Positions 17,489 to 27,502 of a DNA stretch of 64,000 bases are shown in pieces. Where the stretch lies: positions 5,464-69,463 of the forward strand of contig JBLKOQ010000002.1 in assembly GCA_047602885.1 (NCBI GenBank), read 5' to 3'. The stretch's first letter is position 1. Every line of letters starts with the position of its first letter. A program made the position numbers and the translations under genes. The notes under the pieces are model-generated. The model worked only from the letters and a program-made list of their open reading frames with translations. It made no database searches and had not been told where the DNA came from. This DNA is from Candidatus Woesearchaeota archaeon. GTDB taxonomy: Archaea > Nanobdellota > Nanobdellia > Woesearchaeales > WAPJ01.

Positions 17489-19666
17489 ATGGCAGAGAAG
17501 ATGGTAGACAAGATTAAGAGGCTTATGAAAGAGCCTGACAGGATAAGAAATATTGGCACAAGCGCACATATTGATCATGGGAAGACAACATTCTCAGACA
17601 ACCTATTGCTAGGAGCTGGGATGATGAGCGCTGAACTTGCAGGCAAGCAATTGTCGTTGGATTTTCATGAGGATGAAAAGTCAAGGGGCATTACTATTGA
17701 TGCAGCCAATGTTTCTATGGTACACACCTATAATGGGCAGGAATATCTTATTAATCTTATAGACACTCCGGGCCACGTAGATTTTGGAGGGGACGTTACT
17801 CGTGCCATGAGGGCTATAGACGGCACTATAGTATTGATATGCGCTGTAGAGGGCGCTATGCCACAAACAGAAACAGTGCTCAGACAGGCCCTTAAAGAAA
17901 GAGTACGGCCAGTATTATTCATCAACAAGGTTGACCGCCTAATAAAAGAGTTAAAGCTCACTCCTGAAGCAATGCAAGAGAGGTTCATAAAGAATATAGC
18001 CAATATCAACAGGCTCATAGAAGGCATTGCCGAAGAGGATTATAAGGAGAAATGGCAGGTCAAGGTAGATACTGGGAGTGTTGCTTTTGGATCAGCATTC
18101 CATAACTGGGCATTGTCCATACCTTACATGAAAGAGAAGGGCATAACATTCAAGGATATTATAGAAGCATATGAGTCTGGGGATGACACTAAGATTAAAG
18201 AGCTTGCAATGAAAGCTCCACTGCACGAAGTAGTATTGGACATGGTCATAAAGAACCATCCTGCTCCTGTAGATGCCCAGAAATACAGGATAGGAAAGAT
18301 ATGGCACGGAGACCATGATTCTGAAGATTATACAAGTCTAAAAGGCTGTAATCCTCAAGGTCCTGGAGCTTTCGTATGCACTAAGATAGTAGTAGACAAG
18401 CATGCAGGAGAAGTTGCTGCGGGAAGACTGTTTTCTGGAATGTTAGAACAAGGCCAGGAAGTGTATATGATTAATAACAAGACTAAGGTTAGGATACAAC
18501 AATTATCTGTATATAATGGTCCTAAAAGAGAGATTATAGACAAGGCTTATCCCGGCAATATTATTGGTATAGTAGGATTAAAAGATGTCTTTTCTGGAGA
18601 GACTGTTTCTACAAGGCAGGATTTTACTCCTTTCGAGGCTATAAAGCACATCTTTGATCCTGTTGTTACTAAGGCTATCGAGGCCAAGAAGCCTTCAGAC
18701 CTTCCTAAACTAGTGGAGGTATTAAGGCAGGTGAATAAGGAAGATCCTACTATTACTGTAGAGATTAATGAGGAGACAGGAGAACACCTAATATCAGGAA
18801 TGGGAGAATTGCACCTTGAGGTTATAGAGAACAGAATCAAGAGTGAGAAAGGTGTTGATGTCAATACTTCCAGTCCTATAGTGGTCCATAGGGAAACTAT
18901 TACTAATACTAGTGAAGAGCATGAAGGAAAATCTCCCAATAAGCATAATAAGTTCTATTTCAAGATAGAGCCGTTGCCTGAAGCGATGATATCACTCATT
19001 AAGTCAGGTGATATTAGTGATGGCAGGGTCAAGAAGAAAGACTCTGAGATATGGAATACTTTCGAGAAGGGAGGTATGGATAGGGATGAGGCGAGAAGAG
19101 TAAGAGACGTCTATAATGGTAATTTATTAGTAGATAATACTAGAGGAATAGTATATATTGGAGAGGTTATCGAACTCATAATGGACAGTTTTGAGGATGT
19201 TATGAGGAATGGTCCTTTGACGCGTGAGCCTTGCAGCAACCTAAAAGTGGTTATTACTGACATGAAATTGCATGAGGATGCTATCCATAGGGGTCCTAGC
19301 CAGGTATATCCTGCTATTAGAGAGGGTATTAGGGGTTCTATGATGACAGGAAAACCCATATTATTAGAGCCTGTACAGATAATGGAATTTGATGCTCCTT
19401 CAGAATATGTAGGAGAAATCTCTAAACTGATATCCAATAGGAGAGGACAACTGTTGGATATGACACAAGACGATTTTAGCATATCTGTCAAGGCCAAGAT
19501 TCCTGTAGCTGAAACATTTGGACTAAGCTCTGACTTGAGGAGTGCTACTGGGGGAAGAGGATCACAATTCGTTGTAGACCAGTTGTTCGAGATGCTTCCT
19601 TATGAGCTGCAGAATGCGAGGATAAAAGAGATTAGGCAAAGAAAAGGATTGAAGAGCGAAGAGTGA
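17489..19666 (+). CDS. fusA: translation elongation factor 2 (aEF-2)
   Basis: NIGTSAHIDHGKTT G-domain; full-length EF-2 architecture. Confidence 0.9.
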   Translation: MAEKMVDKIKRLMKEPDRIRNIGTSAHIDHGKTTFSDNLLLGAGMMSAELAGKQLSLDFHEDEKSRGITIDAANVSMVHTYNGQEYLINLIDTPGHVDFGGDVTRAMRAIDGTIVLICAVEGAMPQTETVLRQALKERVRPVLFINKVDRLIKELKLTPEAMQERFIKNIANINRLIEGIAEEDYKEKWQVKVDTGSVAFGSAFHNWALSIPYMKEKGITFKDIIEAYESGDDTKIKELAMKAPLHEVVLDMVIKNHPAPVDAQKYRIGKIWHGDHDSEDYTSLKGCNPQGPGAFVCTKIVVDKHAGEVAAGRLFSGMLEQGQEVYMINNKTKVRIQQLSVYNGPKREIIDKAYPGNIIGIVGLKDVFSGETVSTRQDFTPFEAIKHIFDPVVTKAIEAKKPSDLPKLVEVLRQVNKEDPTITVEINEETGEHLISGMGELHLEVIENRIKSEKGVDVNTSSPIVVHRETITNTSEEHEGKSPNKHNKFYFKIEPLPEAMISLIKSGDISDGRVKKKDSEIWNTFEKGGMDRDEARRVRDVYNGNLLVDNTRGIVYIGEVIELIMDSFEDVMRNGPLTREPCSNLKVVITDMKLHEDAIHRGPSQVYPAIREGIRGSMMTGKPILLEPVQIMEFDAPSEYVGEISKLISNRRGQLLDMTQDDFSISVKAKIPVAETFGLSSDLRSATGGRGSQFVVDQLFEMLPYELQNARIKEIRQRKGLKSEE

Positions 19667-19762
19667 TGATGCCGAGCATAAACCAGGAGTAACATTTATA
19701 AATGCTTCTGGGCATCCATGACGAATCGCACTGTAAATATTATATTGGCGGAGGTATATATA

Positions 19763-21049
19763 ATGGCAAAAGAGAAACCACACATGAATGTCGTATTTAT
19801 CGGTCACGTTGACCACGGAAAGTCAACAAGTGTCGGTAGGCTAATGTACGATTCAGGAAATATTGACGAACAGGCTATGAGAAAGCTCACTGACAAGGCT
19901 AAAGACCTTGGAAAATCAGGTTTTGAGTTCGCATTCGTTATGGACAACCTTAAAGAAGAGCAGGAGAGAGGAGTTACTATAGACCTTGCTCATAAGAGGT
20001 TCAATTCCGACAAGTACGATTTTACTATCATCGATGCACCAGGACACAGGGATTTTGTTAAGAACATGATTACCGGAGCATCACAAGCAGATGCAGGAGT
20101 CTTAGTCGTAGCTGCTAATGATGGTGTAATGGCACAGACCAAAGAGCACGTATTCTTGTCCAAAACACTAGGAGTAGGACAACTAATAGTAGCTGTTAAC
20201 AAGATGGACATGAAAGGATACGACCAGAAAGTATTTGAAGATGTTAAGACACAAGTATCAACTCTTTTGAAGAGCGTAGGCTATAAAGTAGACCAAGTTC
20301 AATTCGTGCCTATAGCAAGCCTTAAGGGAGATAATGTTGTTAAGAAGTCTGAGAATATGTCATGGTATACTGGTCCTACATTACTAGAAGCACTTAATAA
20401 TCTTAGTGAGCCTGAAAAGCCTGTAGACCTTCCATTAAGGCTCCCTGTACAAGACGTATATAATATTACTGGTATAGGAGTTGTTCCTGTAGGAAGGATA
20501 GAGACTGGTACTATGAAGATAGGAGATAAGATAACAGCTGTTCCTGGAAGGGAAGGCAAGGGTGTTAACGGAGAAATTAAGAGCATAGAGATGCACCATG
20601 AGCAGGTACAGATGGCTGAGCCGGGAGACAATGTAGGATTCAATGTCAGGGGTATAGGAAAGAAAGACTTGCAGAGAGGAGATGTTATCGGAGCTTCTGC
20701 TAATGTCCCTACCGTTGCGCAAGAGTTTACAGCCCAGATAGTAATATTGAATCATCCTACTGTGGTCACTGTAGGCTATACTCCTGTATTCCATATCCAT
20801 ACAGCGCAAGTAGCATGTACCTTTACCGAGATAGTAAAGAAGCTCAATCCTGCTACCGGAGAGGTTATGGCTGAGAACCCTGACTTTATCAGGAACGGCG
20901 ATGTAGCTATAGTAAAGATAAGACCTGTTCAACCACTGGTTATAGAAAAGCAGGCTGAAATCCCTCAATTGTCAAGATTTGCTATTAGGGATTCTGGTAC
21001 TACTGTAGCAGCTGGGATGTGCATAGACCTTGTCAAGAAGCAAGCATAG
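19763..21049 (+). CDS. tuf: translation elongation factor 1-alpha
   Basis: [22 protein letters not shown]...DAPGHRDF...NKMD. Confidence 0.9.
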   Translation: MAKEKPHMNVVFIGHVDHGKSTSVGRLMYDSGNIDEQAMRKLTDKAKDLGKSGFEFAFVMDNLKEEQERGVTIDLAHKRFNSDKYDFTIIDAPGHRDFVKNMITGASQADAGVLVVAANDGVMAQTKEHVFLSKTLGVGQLIVAVNKMDMKGYDQKVFEDVKTQVSTLLKSVGYKVDQVQFVPIASLKGDNVVKKSENMSWYTGPTLLEALNNLSEPEKPVDLPLRLPVQDVYNITGIGVVPVGRIETGTMKIGDKITAVPGREGKGVNGEIKSIEMHHEQVQMAEPGDNVGFNVRGIGKKDLQRGDVIGASANVPTVAQEFTAQIVILNHPTVVTVGYTPVFHIHTAQVACTFTEIVKKLNPATGEVMAENPDFIRNGDVAIVKIRPVQPLVIEKQAEIPQLSRFAIRDSGTTVAAGMCIDLVKKQA

Positions 21050-21060
21050 TGTGATGTAAT

Positions 21061-21369
21061 ATGTCGAGAGCCCGCATTAAGATAGCATCCACGGATATAG
21101 ACAAGGTTAACCAGGTCTGTAATGAGATCCGTGATATATCCCAGAAGACGGGCGTTGACATGTCAGGTCCTATACCATTGCCTACCAAGAGGCTTAAGAT
21201 TACTACTAGGAAGAGTCCTTGTGGTAATGGTAAGGCTACTTGGGATAGGTATGAGATGCGTATACACAAGAGGCTTATAGACTTGGCTATGGATGAGAGA
21301 GCATTGAGACTTGTTATGCGCGTTGCTATTCCAGAAGGTCTTAATATCGAGATAGAAATGCTAGAATAA
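21061..21369 (+). CDS. rps10: 30S ribosomal protein S10 (uS10)
   Basis: ARIKIASTDIDKVNQVCNEI... Confidence 0.9.
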   Translation: MSRARIKIASTDIDKVNQVCNEIRDISQKTGVDMSGPIPLPTKRLKITTRKSPCGNGKATWDRYEMRIHKRLIDLAMDERALRLVMRVAIPEGLNIEIEMLE

Positions 21370-21500
21370 TAAAAATTTTTTTGTAATCTTCTATTAACGA
21401 AATTCTGTCTTATTAATATATTATTTTGTATCCTAACTCGTATTTATGTGATAAAAGATATAAATAGTGCATGTTTTCGTAACATCCAGGTGATGCTTAT

Positions 21501-21704
21501 ATGGCAAAGAAAACAACACAAAAAACATCTGGCTCAGACTCGGATGATGTGCTCGCAGTAGTAGCATACTTAACAATAATAGGATGGATACTATGGATAC
21601 CGATGGTAGTGTTATGGATTATGGGATTGTTGAATGCTCTTAATAAGAAGCAAGTCCCTGTGCCTGTTATAGGAAAGCTTGCTGAAGAGCACTTCAAGTG
21701 GTAA
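21501..21704 (+). CDS. small membrane protein (67 aa)
   Basis: Single TM (VAYLTIIGWILWIPMVVLWIMGLL); isolated ORF with AT-rich upstream region. Confidence 0.35.
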   Translation: MAKKTTQKTSGSDSDDVLAVVAYLTIIGWILWIPMVVLWIMGLLNALNKKQVPVPVIGKLAEEHFKW

Positions 21705-21778
21705 TTATTCCAAAAAGTTTACTAAAACCCTTTTTTCTTTGGATAGATTTATATTATTATTAATGCAAGAATAATATT

Positions 21779-23095
21779 ATGATAAGAAAGAATCGTGTTT
21801 ATGAAAATGATAATAATAGTAATAATCATACTAATAATAGGTCTCATACTATATCATTATCAGAAGAGTTTAACAGCCTTCATATCTCAGAATTGGTGCC
21901 TGCTACCAATAAAATACCAGTAAACAAGCTTATCAAGGTATTTCCTTACCTTAAACAAAAACACCAGGAATACCTTATACACAGCATCCCTAAGAATAAA
22001 GCATCAATGATATTATCAAAGCTTAAGTCTGATGATATATCAAGGCTACTATCTAATGCGCCTCCAAGAACCATAAATTATCTACTGCCATTATTGTCTT
22101 ATAATGACAGGGAGTATGCCAAATCACAATTAAAATATCCTGCTAAGAGTGTCGGGAGGATAATGACTGATGAGTTCATATCAGTCCATAATTCGTGGAC
22201 TGTAGGAAGGGCAATGCAAAAGATAAGAAAAGAAGGTATGGATGCTGAAACACTGCATTTCATATACGTAGTTGATGATACCGGAAGATTATTGGATGAT
22301 ATTAGGCTAAGAACATTAGTGATAGCCAGTGCCAACAAAAAAATATCCAGTCTTATGGACAGGCATTATGCTTCTCTTAGTCCTTATGACGATCAGGAAA
22401 AAGCAGTAGAACTAATGAGACGATATGATCATTACTGCCTTCCTGTAGTAGACAGGGATTATAGGATTATAGGAATAGTCACTGCTGATGACATATTAGA
22501 TGTTGCCGAAGAAGAGGCCACGGAGGATATTCATAAAGGCGCTAGTATTATGCCACTAAAGGACTCTTATACTCATACTAGCATAATGCATATTTATGGC
22601 AGGAGAATATGGTGGCTTGCACTACTAGTAATAATAAATCTAGTCAGTAGTGGTGTCATAGCGGCTTATGAGGAGACTCTTGCAGGAGCAATAGCACTCG
22701 CATTCTTTATTCCTCTCCTAATAGATAGTGGCGGTAATACTGGTAGCCAGTCAGCCACTCTTATGATTAGGGCTATGGCTACAGGAGATGTGGCTATGAG
22801 GATGTGGAGGAAAGTCTTTTTTAGAGAGATTATCATAGGAATATTGTTGGGTGTTACTCTAGGGTTTATGGCATATTGGCTTGGAATATTCAGAGCCAAT
22901 AGTATGATAGGATTTGTAGTAGGGATTACTATGATACTAATAATCTTAGTATCTAATATATTAGGTGCTATGCTTCCTTTCATACTATCTAAACTAAATG
23001 TTGATCCTGCAATGGCATCAGCGCCCCTAATAACCAGTTTTGCAGATGCTATAGGACTACTAATATATTTGTCTGTAGCTACTATGATGCTATAG
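21779..23095 (+). CDS. mgtE: magnesium transporter MgtE
   Basis: MgtE N-domain, tandem CBS, C-terminal TM domain with LIDSGGNTGSQS. Confidence 0.85.
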   Translation: MIRKNRVYENDNNSNNHTNNRSHTISLSEEFNSLHISELVPATNKIPVNKLIKVFPYLKQKHQEYLIHSIPKNKASMILSKLKSDDISRLLSNAPPRTINYLLPLLSYNDREYAKSQLKYPAKSVGRIMTDEFISVHNSWTVGRAMQKIRKEGMDAETLHFIYVVDDTGRLLDDIRLRTLVIASANKKISSLMDRHYASLSPYDDQEKAVELMRRYDHYCLPVVDRDYRIIGIVTADDILDVAEEEATEDIHKGASIMPLKDSYTHTSIMHIYGRRIWWLALLVIINLVSSGVIAAYEETLAGAIALAFFIPLLIDSGGNTGSQSATLMIRAMATGDVAMRMWRKVFFREIIIGILLGVTLGFMAYWLGIFRANSMIGFVVGITMILIILVSNILGAMLPFILSKLNVDPAMASAPLITSFADAIGLLIYLSVATMML

Positions 23096-23102
23096 ATGAT
23101 AG

Positions 23103-23197
23103 CGCCGAGGATGGGATTCGAACCCATAATCCCAAAGGGAGCGGTTTACTCGCATTCCTTTCGAGACCGCCGCAATACCAGGTTATGCGACCTCGGC
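23103..23197 (-). tRNA. tRNA-Ser (anticodon CGA) with ~14-nt intron
   Basis: 5' half identical to tRNA-Ser(GGA). Anticodon stem GCGGT...ACCGC encloses CTCGAA + GGAATGCGAGTAAA. Long variable arm. Confidence 0.7.
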
Positions 23198-23241
23198 ATA
23201 ATACACAAGTCGTATCATCTCTTTTTTAAGATGTTTCTTTC

Positions 23242-24564
23242 TCAGTCTATTCTTTTTAATAATACTGTGCTCATAGCATAATCAGTATCCCAAGAATAAT
23301 CTGTATATCCATATGATCCTATTCTTTCAAGGACTCCCATCTCAGGCGGAAATTCTATTTCCGAACCTGTAGCGTCATAACGCCCCTCTATTTCTTTGCC
23401 CATACCTCTTAATTCTTTAAAACAATTTTTTTCGGCATATTCTGTTATATAGCTAAGGAATGCATTGTCTATCTCTTTAGAATATTGTTGAACAGTAGGA
23501 TTATGCTTGGTTAAGTATTGTCCGTTTGATAACAATACCATTTCACCATTCTGGTTAAGCATCGCTTCTAGCAAATAGAATCCTACAGTTTCACCCTTAT
23601 GAACTACTTCGACGAACTGAGAGCTTAATGATTCGAAGTGTCCTCGCATTAGTGGAGCTCCATAAGTTCCTTGTCCCATCTCTTCTATGCCATGAGGATT
23701 GTCATAGTAGAATCCTATGCAGGCACCTCCACTATTTCCTATTTTTAGGCTTTTAATAGGGTCTTTATCAGATATTTTCAGTCCAAAAACAAAATCATTA
23801 TCTCCGTTTGATTTTCCTGTTAGTCTAGCGTTAAGGTTTCTTAGCTTTTGTATTTGTGATTCTGCAAGGTGTGGATAGGTTGCATTACCTTTTCTTTCTA
23901 AATACTCCCTTAATAGTCTTGATGCTTCAAGTCCACTATTTTGGTCTTCACTAACCCGTCCTAGTATGCTTTGTAAGGTTTCTTCTACAGAAGCTTCCAT
24001 TTTTATGTTTAGGTTATCTGCTATCTTTTGTAACGCTCTTTCAGGTTTTCTAAAATACTGTTTTTCGAATAATGTTCTTATAATATCTGTTAATTCAGCA
24101 GAATGCATAGAGTACGGGTTTTCTGAGAATTTATTACCAACAACAGCATATGTTCTCTCTTCGAAGTCGGAACCTCTTTGGTCAATATCTATTCCTCTAC
24201 TTTGTGCCATTATTAAAAAATGTTGATCTTCATTCCTACGGTGATCATCTAATCTTCCTTCAAGACCTTCAACTAACGTCTTAGCATAATCAGGATAGAG
24301 AATGGCTTGTGCTAGAACGTCTGCGGCTCTTGATCTATCCGTTCTTTTTACTAATGATTGGTATTGGGAATCGTTGATTATTATCTTTTCTTGCCTTGCT
24401 ATTCTTGTCAAATCATCTTTATCTGTTTTTTTGAGTTTGGCTAGTCTGGTTATGGCTTCATAAAGTACGGGCTTATTCTTGATTAGATCAATTATTGTAT
24501 CAGTTAGTTCTTCATCTTTTGGTTTTAGCATGCTCTGTAACTCTATGGCATCTTTCATCAACAT
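23242..24564 (-). CDS. hypothetical protein, probable C-terminal part of a frameshift-interrupted gene
   Basis: ORF frame stays open upstream to about 24756, overlapping the 3' end of the neighbouring ORF in +1 frame. Confidence 0.4.
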   Translation of the reverse strand: MLMKDAIELQSMLKPKDEELTDTIIDLIKNKPVLYEAITRLAKLKKTDKDDLTRIARQEKIIINDSQYQSLVKRTDRSRAADVLAQAILYPDYAKTLVEGLEGRLDDHRRNEDQHFLIMAQSRGIDIDQRGSDFEERTYAVVGNKFSENPYSMHSAELTDIIRTLFEKQYFRKPERALQKIADNLNIKMEASVEETLQSILGRVSEDQNSGLEASRLLREYLERKGNATYPHLAESQIQKLRNLNARLTGKSNGDNDFVFGLKISDKDPIKSLKIGNSGGACIGFYYDNPHGIEEMGQGTYGAPLMRGHFESLSSQFVEVVHKGETVGFYLLEAMLNQNGEMVLLSNGQYLTKHNPTVQQYSKEIDNAFLSYITEYAEKNCFKELRGMGKEIEGRYDATGSEIEFPPEMGVLERIGSYGYTDYSWDTDYAMSTVLLKRID

Positions 24565-24685
24565 GCCACTATCAAGGAAATCGGATATCCTATAGTCTGT
24601 ATGCTTACTCTCGCCTTTTAACCTATTACGACAGTGTGCTTCTGTATCGTGTTCAAACCAGGCTTCTAATGCTGCGCTTACTTGT

Positions 24686-25120
24686 TCAGGAGAATATCCG
24701 GCTGTGTCTGAATTGAAAATAGTAGCTTCTTCTAATATCTGAATCTTTATTTTTTGTTACATCGGTTAGATAAGCTATAATCATTTCAGATAGTGAAGCA
24801 TCTACTAATTCTCTGGGCAGCATGTGTTCCAGAAAGGTATAGCCAGATTGCAATATGCTCTCTTCATACCTTATCACTTCAGGGAATAATACTGGTGACA
24901 CCCTTTCTTCTATTTCATATTCGCTAACTAATCCTATAACTTTGTCCAAGACAGGATAATCCGATAGATTGATAGCACTCGCAACATTAAATCCTCTGTT
25001 AACAAATATGTGTCTTAATTCTTCTTTTGATGGCTCGCTAATTGCTCTTCCCTTAACTATTTCTGTTACTAGATCATCAACTACTTCTTCTAGGAATGCC
25101 TTACTACTGTACCCATCCAT
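24686..25120 (-). CDS. hypothetical protein, probable N-terminal part of the same interrupted gene
   Basis: Ends 120 nt upstream of the next ORF in a different frame; A-rich slippery run ACAAAAAATAAAG near 24749-24760. Confidence 0.35.
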   Translation of the reverse strand: MDGYSSKAFLEEVVDDLVTEIVKGRAISEPSKEELRHIFVNRGFNVASAINLSDYPVLDKVIGLVSEYEIEERVSPVLFPEVIRYEESILQSGYTFLEHMLPRELVDASLSEMIIAYLTDVTKNKDSDIRRSYYFQFRHSRIFS

Positions 25121-25661
25121 ATGATACCACTATGTAGTAGTATTACTTACATGTATTTAAATATACCGCTTCACGTAATGCATAGGGCCATGACATATGT
25201 CCCTCTTACTTAATTTTATAGAGCAACATTCCCAGCAGAAACTCTTTTCTGCATTTGTTTAACGAACCAACCTCTCTTTTTAAAGGTCAGCTTATACAAA
25301 CACAACACTCATTCAAATGGAAGATGAAATACAAGCGGAACAAAAAACGTAATAGCAGACCTAATTAACGATTATGAAAAAGAATATATAGAGGTGTAAC
25401 CCACATTAAGTATGTTTATGAATAAAAATAATTTGAAACAAAACTGTAGAAATTCTTTTACTGAGGATATTACTGCTGTTACACATGATTTTCATTATCT
25501 ATTCTTGTTACAAGATAACTGTAATTTTACTATAAACACACTCGTCAGTTTGACTACGATTGCGTTTCATAAACCTAGACCAAGAATAAATAGTACTGAA
25601 GATATTTAGTATAAAAATAACAAAGATAACCAAACTCATAAAATAAAAAAGAGGTATACAC

Positions 25662-26417
25662 ATGACCAATAAAAAGAAAAAAACAATAAAAACACGCATC
25701 AAAGACACTGATTCAAAAAACAACGCAAGACAACATACATGGGTTTGGATTCTGATTATTTTATCAGCATTAGCAATTATCTTTCTTTTATCAATCAGTA
25801 ATATTGGATATTTATATAGTACAAACATAAATGATCCAATATGTAGGTATGTTCAAATCCCATATGAAGCTCAAGAATCATACCTTAGGACAGAGTACTA
25901 TGTTGAGAGCGTTCCATATACGCACTCTGAGTGTGAAGAGAAAGACATACCGTACTCAATAGAAAGCTTTCGATTTTTATCAAATAATTGTAATCAAGTT
26001 CAAGAAATATGCAATAAGTTTTTTCTCGGTATATGTACCGAAAAAACAACGTTTTGTATAGATAGGACTGTAAGTTGTACTTTGGATTTAACTAATCTGG
26101 ATAGTGAAGAAAGAGGTTATTTTACAGTACGTTTTAACTTTTTTGAACAAGGTAGCAACAATTACATAAAACATAGTGATGATAGTAGACTAGTATATGC
26201 CCAAACAAGATCGAGTTTTTCTGGTTCTGTCAGAATCATTAGTGAAGGAGAAGATGGTGATGCAAACAAACAATTATCATGTAATCATGTTCTCTTGAGA
26301 AAGCCTACTAAAACTGTCTGTAGAGACGTAATACAGTATCGTGACGTCCAAAGGGAGAGACAAGTAACTGCTTATAGACCTATCACAAAGTATAGATCAG
26401 AACAAATATGCGATTGA
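25662..26417 (+). CDS. membrane-anchored, Cys-containing extracytoplasmic hypothetical protein
   Basis: Lys-rich N-terminus, one TM (WVWILIILSALAIIFLLSI), then a domain with 12 Cys; SD GAGGT upstream. Confidence 0.45.
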   Translation: MTNKKKKTIKTRIKDTDSKNNARQHTWVWILIILSALAIIFLLSISNIGYLYSTNINDPICRYVQIPYEAQESYLRTEYYVESVPYTHSECEEKDIPYSIESFRFLSNNCNQVQEICNKFFLGICTEKTTFCIDRTVSCTLDLTNLDSEERGYFTVRFNFFEQGSNNYIKHSDDSRLVYAQTRSSFSGSVRIISEGEDGDANKQLSCNHVLLRKPTKTVCRDVIQYRDVQRERQVTAYRPITKYRSEQICD

Positions 26418-26471
26418 CAAGTAAAACCTGTTTATAAAACCCACAGACACAAAACGTATTAAAAATTTTAC

Positions 26472-26546
26472 TGCCCCCGCCGGGATTCGAACCCGAGTCC
26501 TCCGGTCGAAAGCCGGAGATGATAGGCCGGACTACACCACAGGGGC
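26472..26546 (-). tRNA. tRNA-Glu (anticodon TTC)
   Basis: Anticodon stem TCCGG/CCGGA, loop CTTTCGA, T-loop TTCGAAT. Confidence 0.8.
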
Positions 26547-26584
26547 AATCACTATCGGAATCCACAATCCTTTTTTAAACGTTA

Positions 26585-27277
26585 TCATATCCTTCCCAGA
26601 ATAGTAGTATCGAGCTTTATAGGCTCTTCTATTATAAAATGCTCTGCATATTCCATACTATTCATCCTGCCTATATGCCTCCTGCTCGCTCTAAGATATT
26701 CTATCAGAAAACCGTCTCTTAATTGTGTCTGGCTCTTATGGGCATTCCATAGCCTAACACAATCTTCTATAACATCACTGACATCTATGACGAATGACGG
26801 CTTATGATATTTTGGAACCATATAATATATTATTCTTTGAGCATTATGGTGCTCTCCTGTAATATTGCAGTTCTTGAATTTTGCAAATCTTGCCGCCGTT
26901 CTAATAGTCTTTCCTAGTCCTGTATGGTCTGGATGCGCAGCTCCATCAGTATGGGAATAATCATTGGTATGGTATGGCACGAATATCGTATTTGGCTTGT
27001 ATTCTCTTATTATTACAGCCATTTCTTTGGCTAGCCTTACAGAATATTCTATGCTATTATCCTCATATCCTAATACTATTACTTTGTATCCTCCTATGCG
27101 TCCTGCTTCTAATGCTTCCTTATGCCTTTCTTCAGGACTGCCATATGTTCCTGCCTCTCCCCTAGTAAGCACTACACTAGTCACATTATTGTTTTTTGCC
27201 AGTTTTAGGAGGGTTCCTCCCATGCCAAATTCACTGTCGTCAGGATGCGCCGAGAATACCAGTATATTGTCTGCCAT
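26585..27277 (-). CDS. PIG-L/LmbE-family N-acetylglucosaminyl deacetylase
   Basis: MADNILVFSAHPDDSEFGMGG...HPDH. Track ORF's extra 64 N-terminal aa run across the repeat element and are treated as spurious. Confidence 0.7.
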   Translation of the reverse strand: MADNILVFSAHPDDSEFGMGGTLLKLAKNNNVTSVVLTRGEAGTYGSPEERHKEALEAGRIGGYKVIVLGYEDNSIEYSVRLAKEMAVIIREYKPNTIFVPYHTNDYSHTDGAAHPDHTGLGKTIRTAARFAKFKNCNITGEHHNAQRIIYYMVPKYHKPSFVIDVSDVIEDCVRLWNAHKSQTQLRDGFLIEYLRASRRHIGRMNSMEYAEHFIIEEPIKLDTTILGRI

Positions 27278-27347
27278 ATTACCTAGTAGGTATAGACCTA
27301 TATAATATGGTATGTTTATTTTTGGTTCTTTATTAAATGTTTGTTTA

Positions 27348-27443
27348 AGTGTGCTATGCGCCACCCCGTAGGGGCCAACCCCCAGCGCATCAGCGTCAAG
27401 CGTGAACGTTCGTTCCCGCTCCAGCTGACGGCTGTCGCACACT
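27348..27443 (+). repeat. 96-nt palindromic structured element, copy 1 (family A)
   Basis: Termini identical to 46724-46819; terminal inverted repeat AGTGTGC/GCACACT; compensatory internal hairpins. Confidence 0.6.
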
Positions 27444-27502
27444 TGTATTATAAAGCACTTATTTCCCAATATATTTAAAGGGACTTTGTTTTCTGTATAA
27501 TT

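Noticed and set aside
27278-27469. 64-aa N-terminal extension of the minus-strand deacetylase ORF in the six-frame track
   Set aside because: It runs across the family A element and has no deacetylase homology. The conserved PIG-L N-terminus (MADNILVFSAHPDD) starts at 27277.
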